DNA from: a virus
Taxonomy: Duplodnaviria; Caudoviricetes
DNA length: 31,597 bases
IMG/VR virus record: IMGVR_UViG_3300016467_000600
Span: 1 to 31,597 of that record
Strand: one strand, 5' to 3'
Shown: positions 17,501-23,798 of the stretch, piece after piece
Numbering within the stretch: position 1 is the stretch's first letter
Layout of the letters: each line of letters opens with the position of its first letter
Made by a program: the position numbers and the translations under genes
The notes under the pieces: generated by a model
Told to the model about the DNA's origin: nothing
Seen by the model: only the letters and a program-made list of their open reading frames with translations
Database searches by the model: none

Positions 17501-17528
17501 CAAGCTGTTGTTCGTTTAGGTTTTCCAT
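5511..17528 (-). CDS. Giant (4005 aa) polyvalent virion/ejection protein: N-terminal region with zincin HExxH, 11 SEGD-delimited internal modules, and a helical C-terminal region
   Basis: Uninterrupted ORF in the position of the largest podovirus ejection protein. Motifs seen: HEILH (aa 479-483), RadC-type HNHPS, GNAT-like QGKGF and RNRNI, and 12 copies of SEGD. Confidence 0.9.
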   Translation of the reverse strand: MENLNEQQLDAIINSPLPGVDTGVSVGNKLGWNQATLANVSQLEDGEDVLINKGGKVKQLKWNKLTGMFEAKGMVPTGEKTLVYSQTGQVIPKDVTKESVIESFTPDQVDAFAAGSSAFETARDSAIRATPGALSGIGGFMAGAAIGGGLETPLGWVTGIGGSMLASGATDAALKYGFKIEPSEQDAINAQLNPTAAVLGSFAPTMLAFRPSGSLLKAAAGFETAGITQANALRQVAKGGLMNMGIAQASSTAEALVHGAPGTDRLTAAARTLGFGDPTVENGGEIGDRLMSAGREFALGAGVLHKTWGAGALMHNAAAYATGGKPSTYVKMSGAPTWDAIRAQAMDRQSARLAAQAELMKEVTGNIARERGISEEQTQIAPGLTQEQKVGLTQIKSALADALKRNIINQETHDTANLVADTMGAELLKHIQLRQIGGRDGTALGSSNAVFTDGRGVFNAVKVFADAINRNKFQFTLSHEILHPLFQSLKPEIQAEIKAELIKQRAKARSSNKAMDYILSKLGIENDSTWDFDKFTLSEVQMTALADEMRKAGVPIPKGMFEARTADDGSTYFRLRPGYEESESGRRVYRLKDAHEFFSDEGARIIRNRGKYDSKWGSQKWYDVVAMIQSMYHGMRKALQSTGFGEALIGKRSQIDVIMDRIAEKNFGEVSMSGKGEIAADAQIKSDLATRLKDIDTSKVGDALEELTKARGSNEAAINDALRGILATEENGQQFRWNPTTKSFEEAPEQTQRIRDAIRSEGGEVTLSNRFLSEGDVDPANPPAAKGTDEILAKLGIKRTVAANVVQHRKIGYIEGFHVMDTPEKVTHAFRDISHMTQESIQMLVTDKNHKPLEIIRHTMSEPGASSLSSLAMAAQVVSIKGAAHVWVTHNHPSETPELSVPDTRVAHVLLNQVFKKMGVKPLGFFAQAGEHRSAFSDTGFGERVVDASKPVEGDKMRKIPIVERRFEFKRGTGHDVMSDTQILVYQDARDFASKTLGEKPGLIFLDKNNNPVGTHEIAFKENGSLGRKGAREMVSAFSRTSAHQVVLMTGGKDVPADVQENLAKNVNGAFDQITIGSSQKVIKSVVSMDRSGNVDHRQINEEISRGYKSNDWKSEGDVQGDENFVGRTEHESRVGATKIKPLHAAPNVKFPIPAEKLKKFGIDAGHMNQFSEHAVVGKVESPVAKIESAKDAAMFIDDYAGHLVQGQLMILITDKNGKPLQVGLHMIQALSGTKKSEMVYSPMVGVLAGQAVSTPGAKEAWYIRINNGEPSVLTDFHGDRGMEGVDALRNVLDGTGITFRGALAISDGRYSFNPLKDFQPGGGVGEYLKAPHLTVVDQQIPVSDGKETHSFKITERRYSSRNQIPYGQGSVRTDAVAPNPKNGRRISFSAYNDSIEAQMGKKSGIVFTANSGVITAVYPMTIEQMTNIRNSPAQKAILAIADRAGTNWATIHFGDVNGKDKAAMKAIGEATNNMGRFLKQANLKNDEILYRDSSRNGEVMQGWSTHDNSYIESSQMQWKSEGDQERAMPGDSFPDVPSSKANNIGFTEDGRRVFNTFPWPSSPHPLFDKNGSPTPGSQPTAGGERVKIPLEQFESDLESQGGMFTRQEVSAFNLKSGHLIIPDRALVGHILTARVARDSQGNIIPGRTTDHRADFERAGFELGSTIQEQRKNLTAILSDAFDNRIGIARIGQGFGNGIRSPYNPNDTRISVIGTTKAQVIQMVFDVTSNGNELVTAYPIDRKTFLDIQRHESYKTLDNVRYIESRGIARTQAKAGLQNPNELITGAQGVRQIEPPKANPERSSSGNHRWRGMLKDPNFSEGDAKEFGDRAKSALEQDAVVGPESIKGDFLGWIKSVKVLADQHLYQHPFPGNSGDYEGDIARDKERLGKHAVLDQVIAKMERQKGFNPMTLKPGMLKQVRKIHDEVVMTAFKEIGRNGLNMVDFVQDDMPMRHVRFYLNALLSDHAKFTDAMYKSMQAGMTSKKTGMELIDMANDMRSRFVHIYDSNYPDDYTRKSEGDAENMMIPGGAREAAMNARPKKQIKTYLNIGHGNIEGAYGNAEYVGGFKPEDTFLYMYDHNKGKFTVRNVADMANEENVKATRPDDFAHGMGGNGIETGIGLKSRKTGLNGRIEIDHENKTILVSAGQGRGKLDAFSARREEMMKRSDALKEIRSYVEFMQKKGELPAGYKIEGYGFPGPYERDFLGYEPGFQERFSEGDVDLKTPNHQDKDLESRGFITKYADENISPRFRNSLVATFVDDDGNAVNSESDFRAIPGSQYRNRYMVMTLKDSNHPNSKFGDVMFSVNLREKVAYFEATNVYGNAQGKGFNKLMYAEIGERLRRLGINKIEGYVVDDKMRPILARKAVFGEGSTTYRKDTYVDEDTGERKFSGAEVLTNVDPNRKLSEGDQIATPPSTNPKTKDGEVANHTDVQLAKRGFITQVAKDNAKSMAGMKMTIQQKGYTKMGAPTYLPKVEGSIEGGEIDGMGEFHGVIEYNGENGLQKVADFIYKVMPGSAVGDGTGDLDWIKVQPIWRNRNISTVITAEVVERIRRSYGGDMNAFVVDPNGRPIHAINRVLGRENVEISDNGFEETSPRDQFAQQTGDGEYVRRSWDVNGKIDPKKLYSEGDPSQNYEGLEFSENDVRKYLYGTPEERRAIWNSISADKKNRDEFRIMFEYIRNKDFEDRPRIREIRAKQEARRQEIVKKYKEQGHPAPEWAADRELNPPPTGPDPESELEGMRRSNRLDRGNFNSEGDDGENMRIPGGARDRFQRDTAGVKRQKPIRFWTDIGHADRTDAEGEENTYLWYATKKGDIQVISADELRNAHSPEGYQLIESDDIPTHADWETHLENGNIKGDFGKQPIMDLPHGRIDDRGDVTRISYMDHHRAGRTDYEHLRDEIKQKLADYMGKKADEMPGYDFTSTATKGTGPDRFSEGDAENGRFPNQVRARGKIPNARVNNGETDLGFTLGPGERLDSRGGIIRNRNTSNLGWGDIGHEPLQYKGDMFGEDIGKPPEKLIRDLEDAGQLQMNINFENGLFAYDASKGVFIHDTDMNRSSHAGWLGIPSGQRLIVSGKSGFNSDFGVIPSKYSYLGRIEPAIVTKDGTVERRGRISLGRNIEGKSWLEDSHEMRRGEFPPDFLTKLKQEAAKQGYDLVEYEGEGITEKQIHTPDMYDVYGFGMKKDKAEMGISRKDFGPVKMSEGDAETMRDVATRPIGEGKDGQARLKAIAAKLSEGDEVSEPPFRVPKVAPGRTNMELAKDIVTARFFTGISTKAHQIADDFPMSRAAKAVANMIHARAGAEAGVTGLDLPTAIMKERTALMNRFFDIMEPLRGEFAAMSRDARETSYREFADMVTGNMPIDMSTSAGRAANGLKSLLRDIHDYRVAAGEKLGDVADYFPAVYDSIRIADNAVAFKDDAKQAYLLELANEFQGQELDDAAEKAARELTMSHVRGESAGMFNSFFEEGGPSMGENSSKSRTFGPEAQQIMSKWQVKDPYRIISRYISGATKSAEIVRRLGDEGQKWRKMAGDMEKQGVSYEKIDEMRDLLKASVGIGRTPNSRGEQTFIDLMGLYTAGSVMGRSFLNNMFEPGSMGMRAGNLNLALQAYAETWGRTIRNGARIVSGERIDKTFWEKYAEHIGTMSADINDAWMNSHSIEVDGDRSDPRINWLTSKVYQSNLLQLTENAKLQASHAIGFKYLVNLAEMQQGRSFMNRLDVSESVKSNLRELGIDDADHSDFAKWMLRLEGMDDAARMRTMLNGGRMSKLFETAMTKFSMQSSVRANRAHKPVFQDGPIGKTLFQLMSYSYAYAAEINSRAYDYAKSSLKSAPAGKSYTVGDRIRFLAPLMMAPLGVIAFRAMFELKDKLYPTQYSKQHENDPEWTKWLNASSFAGIFGPKIEMATKYVMRDQPPGGPLGQAAIGYARAAKTAISNAMEGKPQDNAKRQAAKASVQPIKAAAVIGATAFHPVAGAIASQIANSTTWSNAMTEPDKNEAITKPKHKGK
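7815..15212 (-). repeat. 12 dispersed in-frame SEGD motifs at 15201-15212, 14175-14186, 12957-12968, 12060-12071, 11469-11480, 10872-10883, 10302-10313, 9642-9653, 9261-9272, 8715-8726, 7914-7925 and 7815-7826
   Basis: Each copy was located in the nucleotide sequence. The Ser residues are at aa 773, 1115, 1521, 1820, 2017, 2216, 2406, 2626, 2753, 2935, 3202 and 3235. Confidence 0.95.
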
Positions 17529-19462
17529 TAGTTCGATTGGGTTTTCTGCTTAAGCCTCGCTTTTGCGGCTTCAATTTTTTGCCGGATGAGTTCGACCTGC
17601 TCCGGCGACACCTGGCGTTGCGTGTATCCGCCATTGATGCCCCTCGCCGCATATCCGTTTTTGGAATTGGCGACGATATCCTCCCAGAACTTGATGTCTG
17701 CGGCAAGCTTGACGACGTCCTGCGGAGGCGCCGTTGTTCCGTAATCACGGAACGTCTTGATCAGATCAAGTCCTTGGGTCTTGTACTTGGAGTCACCCTC
17801 CATGGGGAATTGTCCGAGCGCCGCCTCGATCGAGTTTTTGAACATGCCAACCGACGACGGCCTTTGTGCTCCTTCAAGTGCGCCAGTTGCCTTATTTACG
17901 GTTCCACCGATTGCCTCAGCCCCGGAAATCATTTCGGCCGGAGTGAGGTTGTCCTTGTCCCAATGGGTGATTGATCGCTTTTCCCTTTTATCGACAACGT
18001 GAGCATCACCGACGATCTGATAGATCAATTCATAATTACCCTCGAAAGCCTGCCTTACGGCGGATACTGCGACGGTTCTTGCGAAATCCGGCGCAAAGCC
18101 ACGCTGTTCGAGTTTAAGTCGAACATCATTCGCTTCCAATGCGAGACGTAGGGCATGTTCTTTGCTAAGCGGCGTGTCCTTGGACGGAGAAAGTTGATCT
18201 ATGAAAACTTGAGAAAGACCTTCGGTCCATGCCCTATCTGAGTTCATTTTTTCAACGCTTTCCTTGTAGTTCCTAGGAACGCTCGGATTTTCCATCCTAA
18301 ACAATTTCTCAATCTCATCCGGAGCCAGCGACCTCTTGTCCGGAATGACAGGTTCCGGTGGCGTGATGGGGTCTGGAACCCATCTTGTTCCTCCGCCAGG
18401 TAGCTGTTCGAGTTTGCCGGTCGGTCTTTTTGCGGCGGCCTCGAATTGGGCTTTGTTCGCCTTGTTCAGCGTCTCCATTTGCGACTTGATGGCTTTGGTG
18501 AACAGGCTTGCGACGCTCTGATCTTTGAGCGGATCAGATGGTTCATCATCCGGCTGTGATGCTGGAGATGTGGTCGTGGCAGGTGTTTCCGTCGTTGCGG
18601 CAGACGAAACTGAAGACATCCCAGGTTGAGGCCCTGGAAGGCTTACGGGAGTGAAGTTGAAGCTTGCTCCGGGTGTTGAAAACGGAGTCGGGGGCTCGCT
18701 TGAGGTTCCAGGTGCGGCCGCATTTGCGGAAATCATGTTTGCCACGACGTTGGCGGATTTATCCGGAGATGCGGGGGGTGGCTCCGAACTTGGCTTAGTC
18801 ATCAGCTTCGATGGATGATTCGGACCAACAAGCTTGGCGCCAGGGTTGAGCGGATCATCAAGAGCTCCAACTTGAGCAGCAGCTTCAGCGTTGCCCATGG
18901 CGTTTGACATGATCTGACGACGAATCGAGTCATCGACGTTCTTCTTTGACTGATCCGATGGGGTTATGCCTCCGGAAACAGCCTCAAGCCCCTTTCGTGA
19001 AGCAAGATTAGCTTCTGAGTCAGTTAGGTGTTTGTTGGTAGGCGCCGCATTGGTTAGGAACTCGTGCCACTTGGTGGCAAAGTCCGGACCGTATAGGGCC
19101 ACTCCGTTTGACATGATATCGCCAACACGTGATTGATCGAACTCAAACAAACCACGATCCTTGTTCCACGACATCACGGGCTTACCTTGGGCAACCGTGT
19201 CAACCGGCCATTGACCCTGGTTTTCGCCATGATACGGGTCATACTCGGTATCCGGAACCTGTCCTCCTCCGCTGAAAAGCTCACGCCAGGACTGCCTAAA
19301 CGGATCAAGCTCACGATCACGATCTGCTTCACGACGTGCTTGTTCCAGCTTGAGCTGGTTGATCTCACGGTTCTGCTGGTACTGTCGTGCCTCGGCGTCG
19401 GCCTTCGGGTTGCCCCAAACGTCAACCATGAGCTTGGCAATGTTGTCAATTTCGCTGGCCAT
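17528..19462 (-). CDS. Putative internal virion/ejection protein (644 aa) with central Pro/Ser/Thr-rich linker
   Basis: Lies between the gp14-like gene and the giant gene, and its stop overlaps the giant gene's start (TAATG). No recognisable catalytic motif. Confidence 0.6.
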   Translation of the reverse strand: MASEIDNIAKLMVDVWGNPKADAEARQYQQNREINQLKLEQARREADRDRELDPFRQSWRELFSGGGQVPDTEYDPYHGENQGQWPVDTVAQGKPVMSWNKDRGLFEFDQSRVGDIMSNGVALYGPDFATKWHEFLTNAAPTNKHLTDSEANLASRKGLEAVSGGITPSDQSKKNVDDSIRRQIMSNAMGNAEAAAQVGALDDPLNPGAKLVGPNHPSKLMTKPSSEPPPASPDKSANVVANMISANAAAPGTSSEPPTPFSTPGASFNFTPVSLPGPQPGMSSVSSAATTETPATTTSPASQPDDEPSDPLKDQSVASLFTKAIKSQMETLNKANKAQFEAAAKRPTGKLEQLPGGGTRWVPDPITPPEPVIPDKRSLAPDEIEKLFRMENPSVPRNYKESVEKMNSDRAWTEGLSQVFIDQLSPSKDTPLSKEHALRLALEANDVRLKLEQRGFAPDFARTVAVSAVRQAFEGNYELIYQIVGDAHVVDKREKRSITHWDKDNLTPAEMISGAEAIGGTVNKATGALEGAQRPSSVGMFKNSIEAALGQFPMEGDSKYKTQGLDLIKTFRDYGTTAPPQDVVKLAADIKFWEDIVANSKNGYAARGINGGYTQRQVSPEQVELIRQKIEAAKARLKQKTQSN

Positions 19463-19466
19463 TTTG

Positions 19467-20090
19467 TTATGCTGGTTTGGATGGTTTGACGGCTTCGCCG
19501 CCCTTGGCGCCGGCTTTGGAGGCGGCGATCATGGCGCCGGCCTGGAGCAGAGATCCGATCTCGGACATGCCGTTGGGGCGCTGGGCGGCTTCGGCCTCGG
19601 TGGCGAAGGCGTTGGTGGATCCGGCGGAGAAGTTGCCGATGCGACCCATGTTTTCCCCAAACCTGGCGTTGGCCAGATTGTTGGTCTGCTGGACGTCGCC
19701 GTAGGCCTTGATGAGGGCGTCGTTCTTGGCGTTGTTGATCGCCAGGTTGTTGGCGTCTCCGATCCGGACACGGTTGGCGTCCGCAACGTTACCGGCGGTT
19801 CCGAAGGCGTTCTTGAAGTTGGCGACCTGGTCCGTGTTCATGGCGCCACGCATCGACTCGAAACGGTTGGCGTTTGCCTTGGCCAGAAGTTTGGCTTGCT
19901 CGGCCGGAGAAGCGTGCTTCATCGAGCGGCTGAATTCGGCGTCAGATTCCTCCTTGAGCTTGCCTTGACGCTCCGCCTCGGCGGCGGATGCGGCCTGGAG
20001 CCGTCCTTTGGCGATCTGATTGCTACGGGCTTTTGCGGCCGCACCGGCAAGCGACATACCAAGAGCCGTCCATGACATTGGTTCACACAT
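19467..20090 (-). CDS. Internal virion/ejection protein, T7 gp14-like
   Basis: MCEP N-terminus followed by a hydrophobic Ala/Gly segment, an Ala/Asn-rich helical body and a hydrophobic C-terminal patch, in the expected position. Confidence 0.7.
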   Translation of the reverse strand: MCEPMSWTALGMSLAGAAAKARSNQIAKGRLQAASAAEAERQGKLKEESDAEFSRSMKHASPAEQAKLLAKANANRFESMRGAMNTDQVANFKNAFGTAGNVADANRVRIGDANNLAINNAKNDALIKAYGDVQQTNNLANARFGENMGRIGNFSAGSTNAFATEAEAAQRPNGMSEIGSLLQAGAMIAASKAGAKGGEAVKPSKPA

Positions 20091-20095
20091 GGCCT

Positions 20096-20686
20096 TTAAG
20101 AGTCACGGAAGCCGAACATTCCGGCTCCGCCGGCGGCTCCCTTGGGGTTATCGGAATATCGCTTGCCCATTTCGGCGGCGCCATAGATCCCAAGACCTCC
20201 GGAAATGATGCCGGCAAGCGGGTTGGTGGACATTTGGCTGGAAAGCGTGTTGACCTTGTTCATGGCGTTTCGTCCGGCCTGGAAGGCCTGTTCTCCACCG
20301 TTGAGCTGTGCAACGAGCTGATTCCGGTTTTCGGCAACCGTGTTTCGGAGCTGATTGCTCTGGTCGATGGCCGAGCTGGCGATCTCTGCGGCCTTTGCGT
20401 TGTACGCCCCCTGGAGCCCGCCGGCTACGTTGGCGGCGTTGCTTGAGTCGGTCATGCCTTTCGCCGCCAGGGACATCTCGGCGCTGTTCTTCTCGCCCGT
20501 GAAGGCGTTGTTCAACAACGGGGTCGCCTGTTTGATGAAGGCGTTTTCCCGCTTCTTGAAGAAGTTGTCGTCGAAGCCGGCGAACTGCTTGTCTATGGCG
20601 GCGGTTCCTTCACGGATCCGCTGTTGGCGTGCGGCCTCATCTGCTCTTGCTTGAGCGGCGCCGCCGTCTCCAGATGGTGCACACAT
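20096..20686 (-). CDS. Putative small ejection (DNA transfer) protein; likely start MCAPSGDGG
   Basis: Ala/Gln/Asn-rich helical protein with a Gly-rich hydrophobic C-terminus. The ATG at 20686 is preferred over the track's longer start, which lies deep inside the upstream gene. Confidence 0.65.
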   Translation of the reverse strand: MCAPSGDGGAAQARADEAARQQRIREGTAAIDKQFAGFDDNFFKKRENAFIKQATPLLNNAFTGEKNSAEMSLAAKGMTDSSNAANVAGGLQGAYNAKAAEIASSAIDQSNQLRNTVAENRNQLVAQLNGGEQAFQAGRNAMNKVNTLSSQMSTNPLAGIISGGLGIYGAAEMGKRYSDNPKGAAGGAGMFGFRDS

Positions 20687-21171
20687 GCTTGCAAGTGTGG
20701 TCGTGATACCGGTCGAATCCAGCTGAAAGTATAGAAGGTCTCGCCGTTCCTGCCGAAGTTGATCGCCTCCGACTCTTTGGAGGCCCCTAGCATCTCGAGC
20801 CACCTATGGGACGTTTTGTTTTCAGCCAGGGATTTGCATTCGGCACGGTGATATCCGACTTCCTCCAGGGCCGGGGTCATGATCTTCTTGATGAACCTGG
20901 TCACGGACAGCGAAACCTCCGGCCAGCGATCCGTGGCGAACATCCAGACCGACCAAACGCCGTTCCACATGGGAACCGCACCGAACGCAGATACGGGGGT
21001 ACCGTCGTCGGCGCACGCAATCCACCCGAAATCGCCGCAAGCCAGGATGGCGTCCGCAAGATCATCGCCATTTTCGGTCCATCTTGTGGCAAACACCTCA
21101 TTTTTGTCGGACATTCGCAGGTTTTCTGCGATGAACGACACGTCTTTTTTGTTTATCTGTGAAAAGTACAT
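20593..21171 (-). CDS. GNAT-fold virion-associated protein (T7 gp13-like); likely start MYFSQINK
   Basis: The ATG overlaps the nozzle stop (TGATG). Motifs IAENLR.SD..E, VWMFATD and N..SHRWLEMLG are present, and it sits after the nozzle gene. Confidence 0.75.
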   Translation of the reverse strand: MYFSQINKKDVSFIAENLRMSDKNEVFATRWTENGDDLADAILACGDFGWIACADDGTPVSAFGAVPMWNGVWSVWMFATDRWPEVSLSVTRFIKKIMTPALEEVGYHRAECKSLAENKTSHRWLEMLGASKESEAINFGRNGETFYTFSWIRPVSRPHLQACVHHLETAAPLKQEQMRPHANSGSVKEPPP

Positions 21172-23798
21172 CAGCCGGCCGTCGCCCTTGAGTGAAGCTC
21201 TCGGAAGTGGACGACAATATTGCTGATCTTGGCCGGACCTGGGGCTTGATTGACCATGCGGATGCCCATGTGGGTGCCGACGCCATTCATCGGGATGATT
21301 CCAAGGGCATAAGTGGACTGTGTAGCCGTGCAGATGACGTCCCTGGCATCCGGGGCCGTATAATCGAAGCCGGCGTACACCGTCCAGGTGCCGTCGATCG
21401 TCAGATCGATGCCGGTGCCCTGCTTGTAGACATGCGGAGTGCCTCCATCCATGTAAGGAAGCTCGGCTACGACCTGGCAACTGTCGTACTGGGTGCCGGT
21501 GGGGCCGCCGTAAATGTAGATCTTGTCGCCGGATCTGGCGTAGACCAAGTTGTCCTTGTTCGCCAGCCACTCGATGTTGAATCCAGGCTCATACCTGGAC
21601 CAGGCAAAGATCTGACTGCCGGCGTACATGGACAAAACGTAGATCTGGTCGCCCAAGACCAGCCAATAACGACCTTCGACGGGCTCAATGATGCCGATGG
21701 CTTTGCTTTTCTGCTCCTCGGTCATCGTAGCCAGCTTGTCGATCACCAGGGTGTCGATTGGCGTGCCGATGTCGTCGGCGTAGGCGGACACCGTGTTCTG
21801 TCGTGCCTTGACTGATCTGATCCCGTTGTCGGCCAGGTAGAACAAATCCAGGCTATTGGCGGAAACAACGGACCCTGGGGCAATCGTTCCCGTGCCATCG
21901 ATTACCTGCGCTTGGGAGTCCTGTGCCGGGTCGTAGTTGATGTCGAAAAGCTGGATGTTTCGGCGGCTAAAGATGGCCAGCTTGTCCTGGTATACGCCGA
22001 TGCCGGTCAACGAATCACGGCCGGAGAAGTTGTTGGACAGGTTGATGAAGCCGGTTCCGTTGTCGTAGATATCCCATTGCGTGGCATCATTGAGCCTGGA
22101 AAAATACAAGGAGTAGTCGATTGCGGCGAACTCCTTGGACTTGTACGTATACGTGATGCTCGGCTTCTTGTCGGCGACCCAGCTTGCCCCGATCTCATAT
22201 GGGTACGCCGTAAGCATCGAGTCCGTGATCGTGATCGTCAGCTTCTTTCCTGGCTCAAAGCCGCTGAATGCAAAGTCCGTGATCTGCGGAAGACCTGGAA
22301 GCCCATCACGGCCTCCGGAAAACGCCGTTGATCCGACAAGACCGACGGCGCCATGCGTGTCCACGTATATCCGACGTCCGTTGAAGGATGCACCTGTGCC
22401 AGGTCGTGCCGTGATAACCACCTTGGACGTGTCGGCGATCGAAACGATGTAATCTGGAGTTGGGCTTTGCTCCTCAAGCCACGTGTTGATGTTTTCGGCA
22501 AGGTCATCCGCCATCTGGGCGTTAGACTTCTTCCAGAACACCTCGGTGCCTGGGCGCATGAGCTCCGTGCTTTCCACCATGACGGAGGAAATCGAATTCC
22601 TCAGCCCAAGCGTCATGGATGGACCAAATTGAGCATACCATCTGCCTGGATTTCTCGGGCTTGCCTTGATCGTCGATACATCAATCCCGAAGTCCGCCCA
22701 ACTCGACGAATACGGAGTCGGATCAGACTCGAACTCAAACCACACCGTCCATCCGTTAGCGCTCTCGGCATACCGATTTGGTGCGTAGATGGTAAGCTCG
22801 CCAGGGTCCGCCCCGCTCCACCGGCCGCCATACGAATACGTTGCGTAGTACTCCGTGGTGCTTGATTGGAGGTTGATGTAATACGCAAGGACACGTGCCA
22901 GCATGTTTGCGTCGCTACCGGTTGGTTGCGATGCGGCGTATCCGTCTATGTAGCTATTGCCTTTCAAAGGAGGAGATCCAGCTGAAAGGGATAGCAATTC
23001 CTTATCTTCCTCGTCTATCCAGATACCCGTGATTCCAGGGGTCACGGTGGATCCGTTTGATCCATAGAAAGCATATCTATGTCCATGGCTCGTCCTGGCG
23101 GAGCCGTTGGACCCTTGGGCGATGATAAAACTGCCGTTACCGACCTTTTCAAGGACATCATCGGTGGCCTCCTGCACCTTCGTGGCCGTAAGCGTCATCG
23201 GGCTTTCACAGACCACGGATGATTGGAATGATACACCCTGCTTTCCCGTAAGCCGCACCGTGGACGCATCAAGCTTGCTAACCGTGTAGTTCTTGAGAAC
23301 GGAGTTCTCCTTTGCGGCGTCGGAGATCGCCGTGTCGAACAGCGTCTTGAAATGATCCACAACGCCTTCCGTGTTGGTCATGGAATAGCGCACGATCCCG
23401 TTGACGAAACTCCCGACGGCCACGCCGTCGTAGAACGGGATGACGTCACCGCCCATGAACTCGGCCAGGACAAACGGTTTGGCTCCGTAGACGTTGGACC
23501 ATCGAACCCCGGTCATGGCATAGCCGTCCGGGTGCTGGAGGCGCTGGTACGTGAACCCGACCGGCATTACGGGTGCGTCATCTGACCCGAAAACAAAGAC
23601 ACCGCCTCCGGTGATCTCCATTCCGAACGTGCCAGGCGGAAGAGAAGCGATCTCCACGAAGGCCTTCCGTTTTTCGATCTCGCCACCACGGTTGATGTGT
23701 GCGTTGACGAGATCCTGGAGTTCCCCAGGGTCCGCCGAGATGACGTGACGCTTGGTGTCTAGCCCCTTCGAGAAGTTGTTTACGCCGAATGTAGGCAT
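21171..23798 (-). CDS. Tail nozzle / tail tubular protein B-like (875 aa)
   Basis: N-terminal NFSKGL...NA.I..GG.I.KR, beta-propeller-like blocks (LYFS.LND...W, LAIFS, LFYLA..GIRS, AWSRY), and location after the adaptor. Confidence 0.8.
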   Translation of the reverse strand: MPTFGVNNFSKGLDTKRHVISADPGELQDLVNAHINRGGEIEKRKAFVEIASLPPGTFGMEITGGGVFVFGSDDAPVMPVGFTYQRLQHPDGYAMTGVRWSNVYGAKPFVLAEFMGGDVIPFYDGVAVGSFVNGIVRYSMTNTEGVVDHFKTLFDTAISDAAKENSVLKNYTVSKLDASTVRLTGKQGVSFQSSVVCESPMTLTATKVQEATDDVLEKVGNGSFIIAQGSNGSARTSHGHRYAFYGSNGSTVTPGITGIWIDEEDKELLSLSAGSPPLKGNSYIDGYAASQPTGSDANMLARVLAYYINLQSSTTEYYATYSYGGRWSGADPGELTIYAPNRYAESANGWTVWFEFESDPTPYSSSWADFGIDVSTIKASPRNPGRWYAQFGPSMTLGLRNSISSVMVESTELMRPGTEVFWKKSNAQMADDLAENINTWLEEQSPTPDYIVSIADTSKVVITARPGTGASFNGRRIYVDTHGAVGLVGSTAFSGGRDGLPGLPQITDFAFSGFEPGKKLTITITDSMLTAYPYEIGASWVADKKPSITYTYKSKEFAAIDYSLYFSRLNDATQWDIYDNGTGFINLSNNFSGRDSLTGIGVYQDKLAIFSRRNIQLFDINYDPAQDSQAQVIDGTGTIAPGSVVSANSLDLFYLADNGIRSVKARQNTVSAYADDIGTPIDTLVIDKLATMTEEQKSKAIGIIEPVEGRYWLVLGDQIYVLSMYAGSQIFAWSRYEPGFNIEWLANKDNLVYARSGDKIYIYGGPTGTQYDSCQVVAELPYMDGGTPHVYKQGTGIDLTIDGTWTVYAGFDYTAPDARDVICTATQSTYALGIIPMNGVGTHMGIRMVNQAPGPAKISNIVVHFRELHSRATAG

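Noticed and set aside
17487-17528. MENLNEQQLDAII resembles the start of UvrD/Rep helicases
   Set aside because: No Walker A (AGAGSGKT-type) or other SF1 motifs follow, so it is treated as coincidence.
21172-21570. N-terminal 133 aa of the track's 325-aa ORF
   Set aside because: It overlaps the nozzle gene out of frame and is Arg/His-rich junk. The ATG at 21171, coupled to the nozzle stop, is the plausible start.
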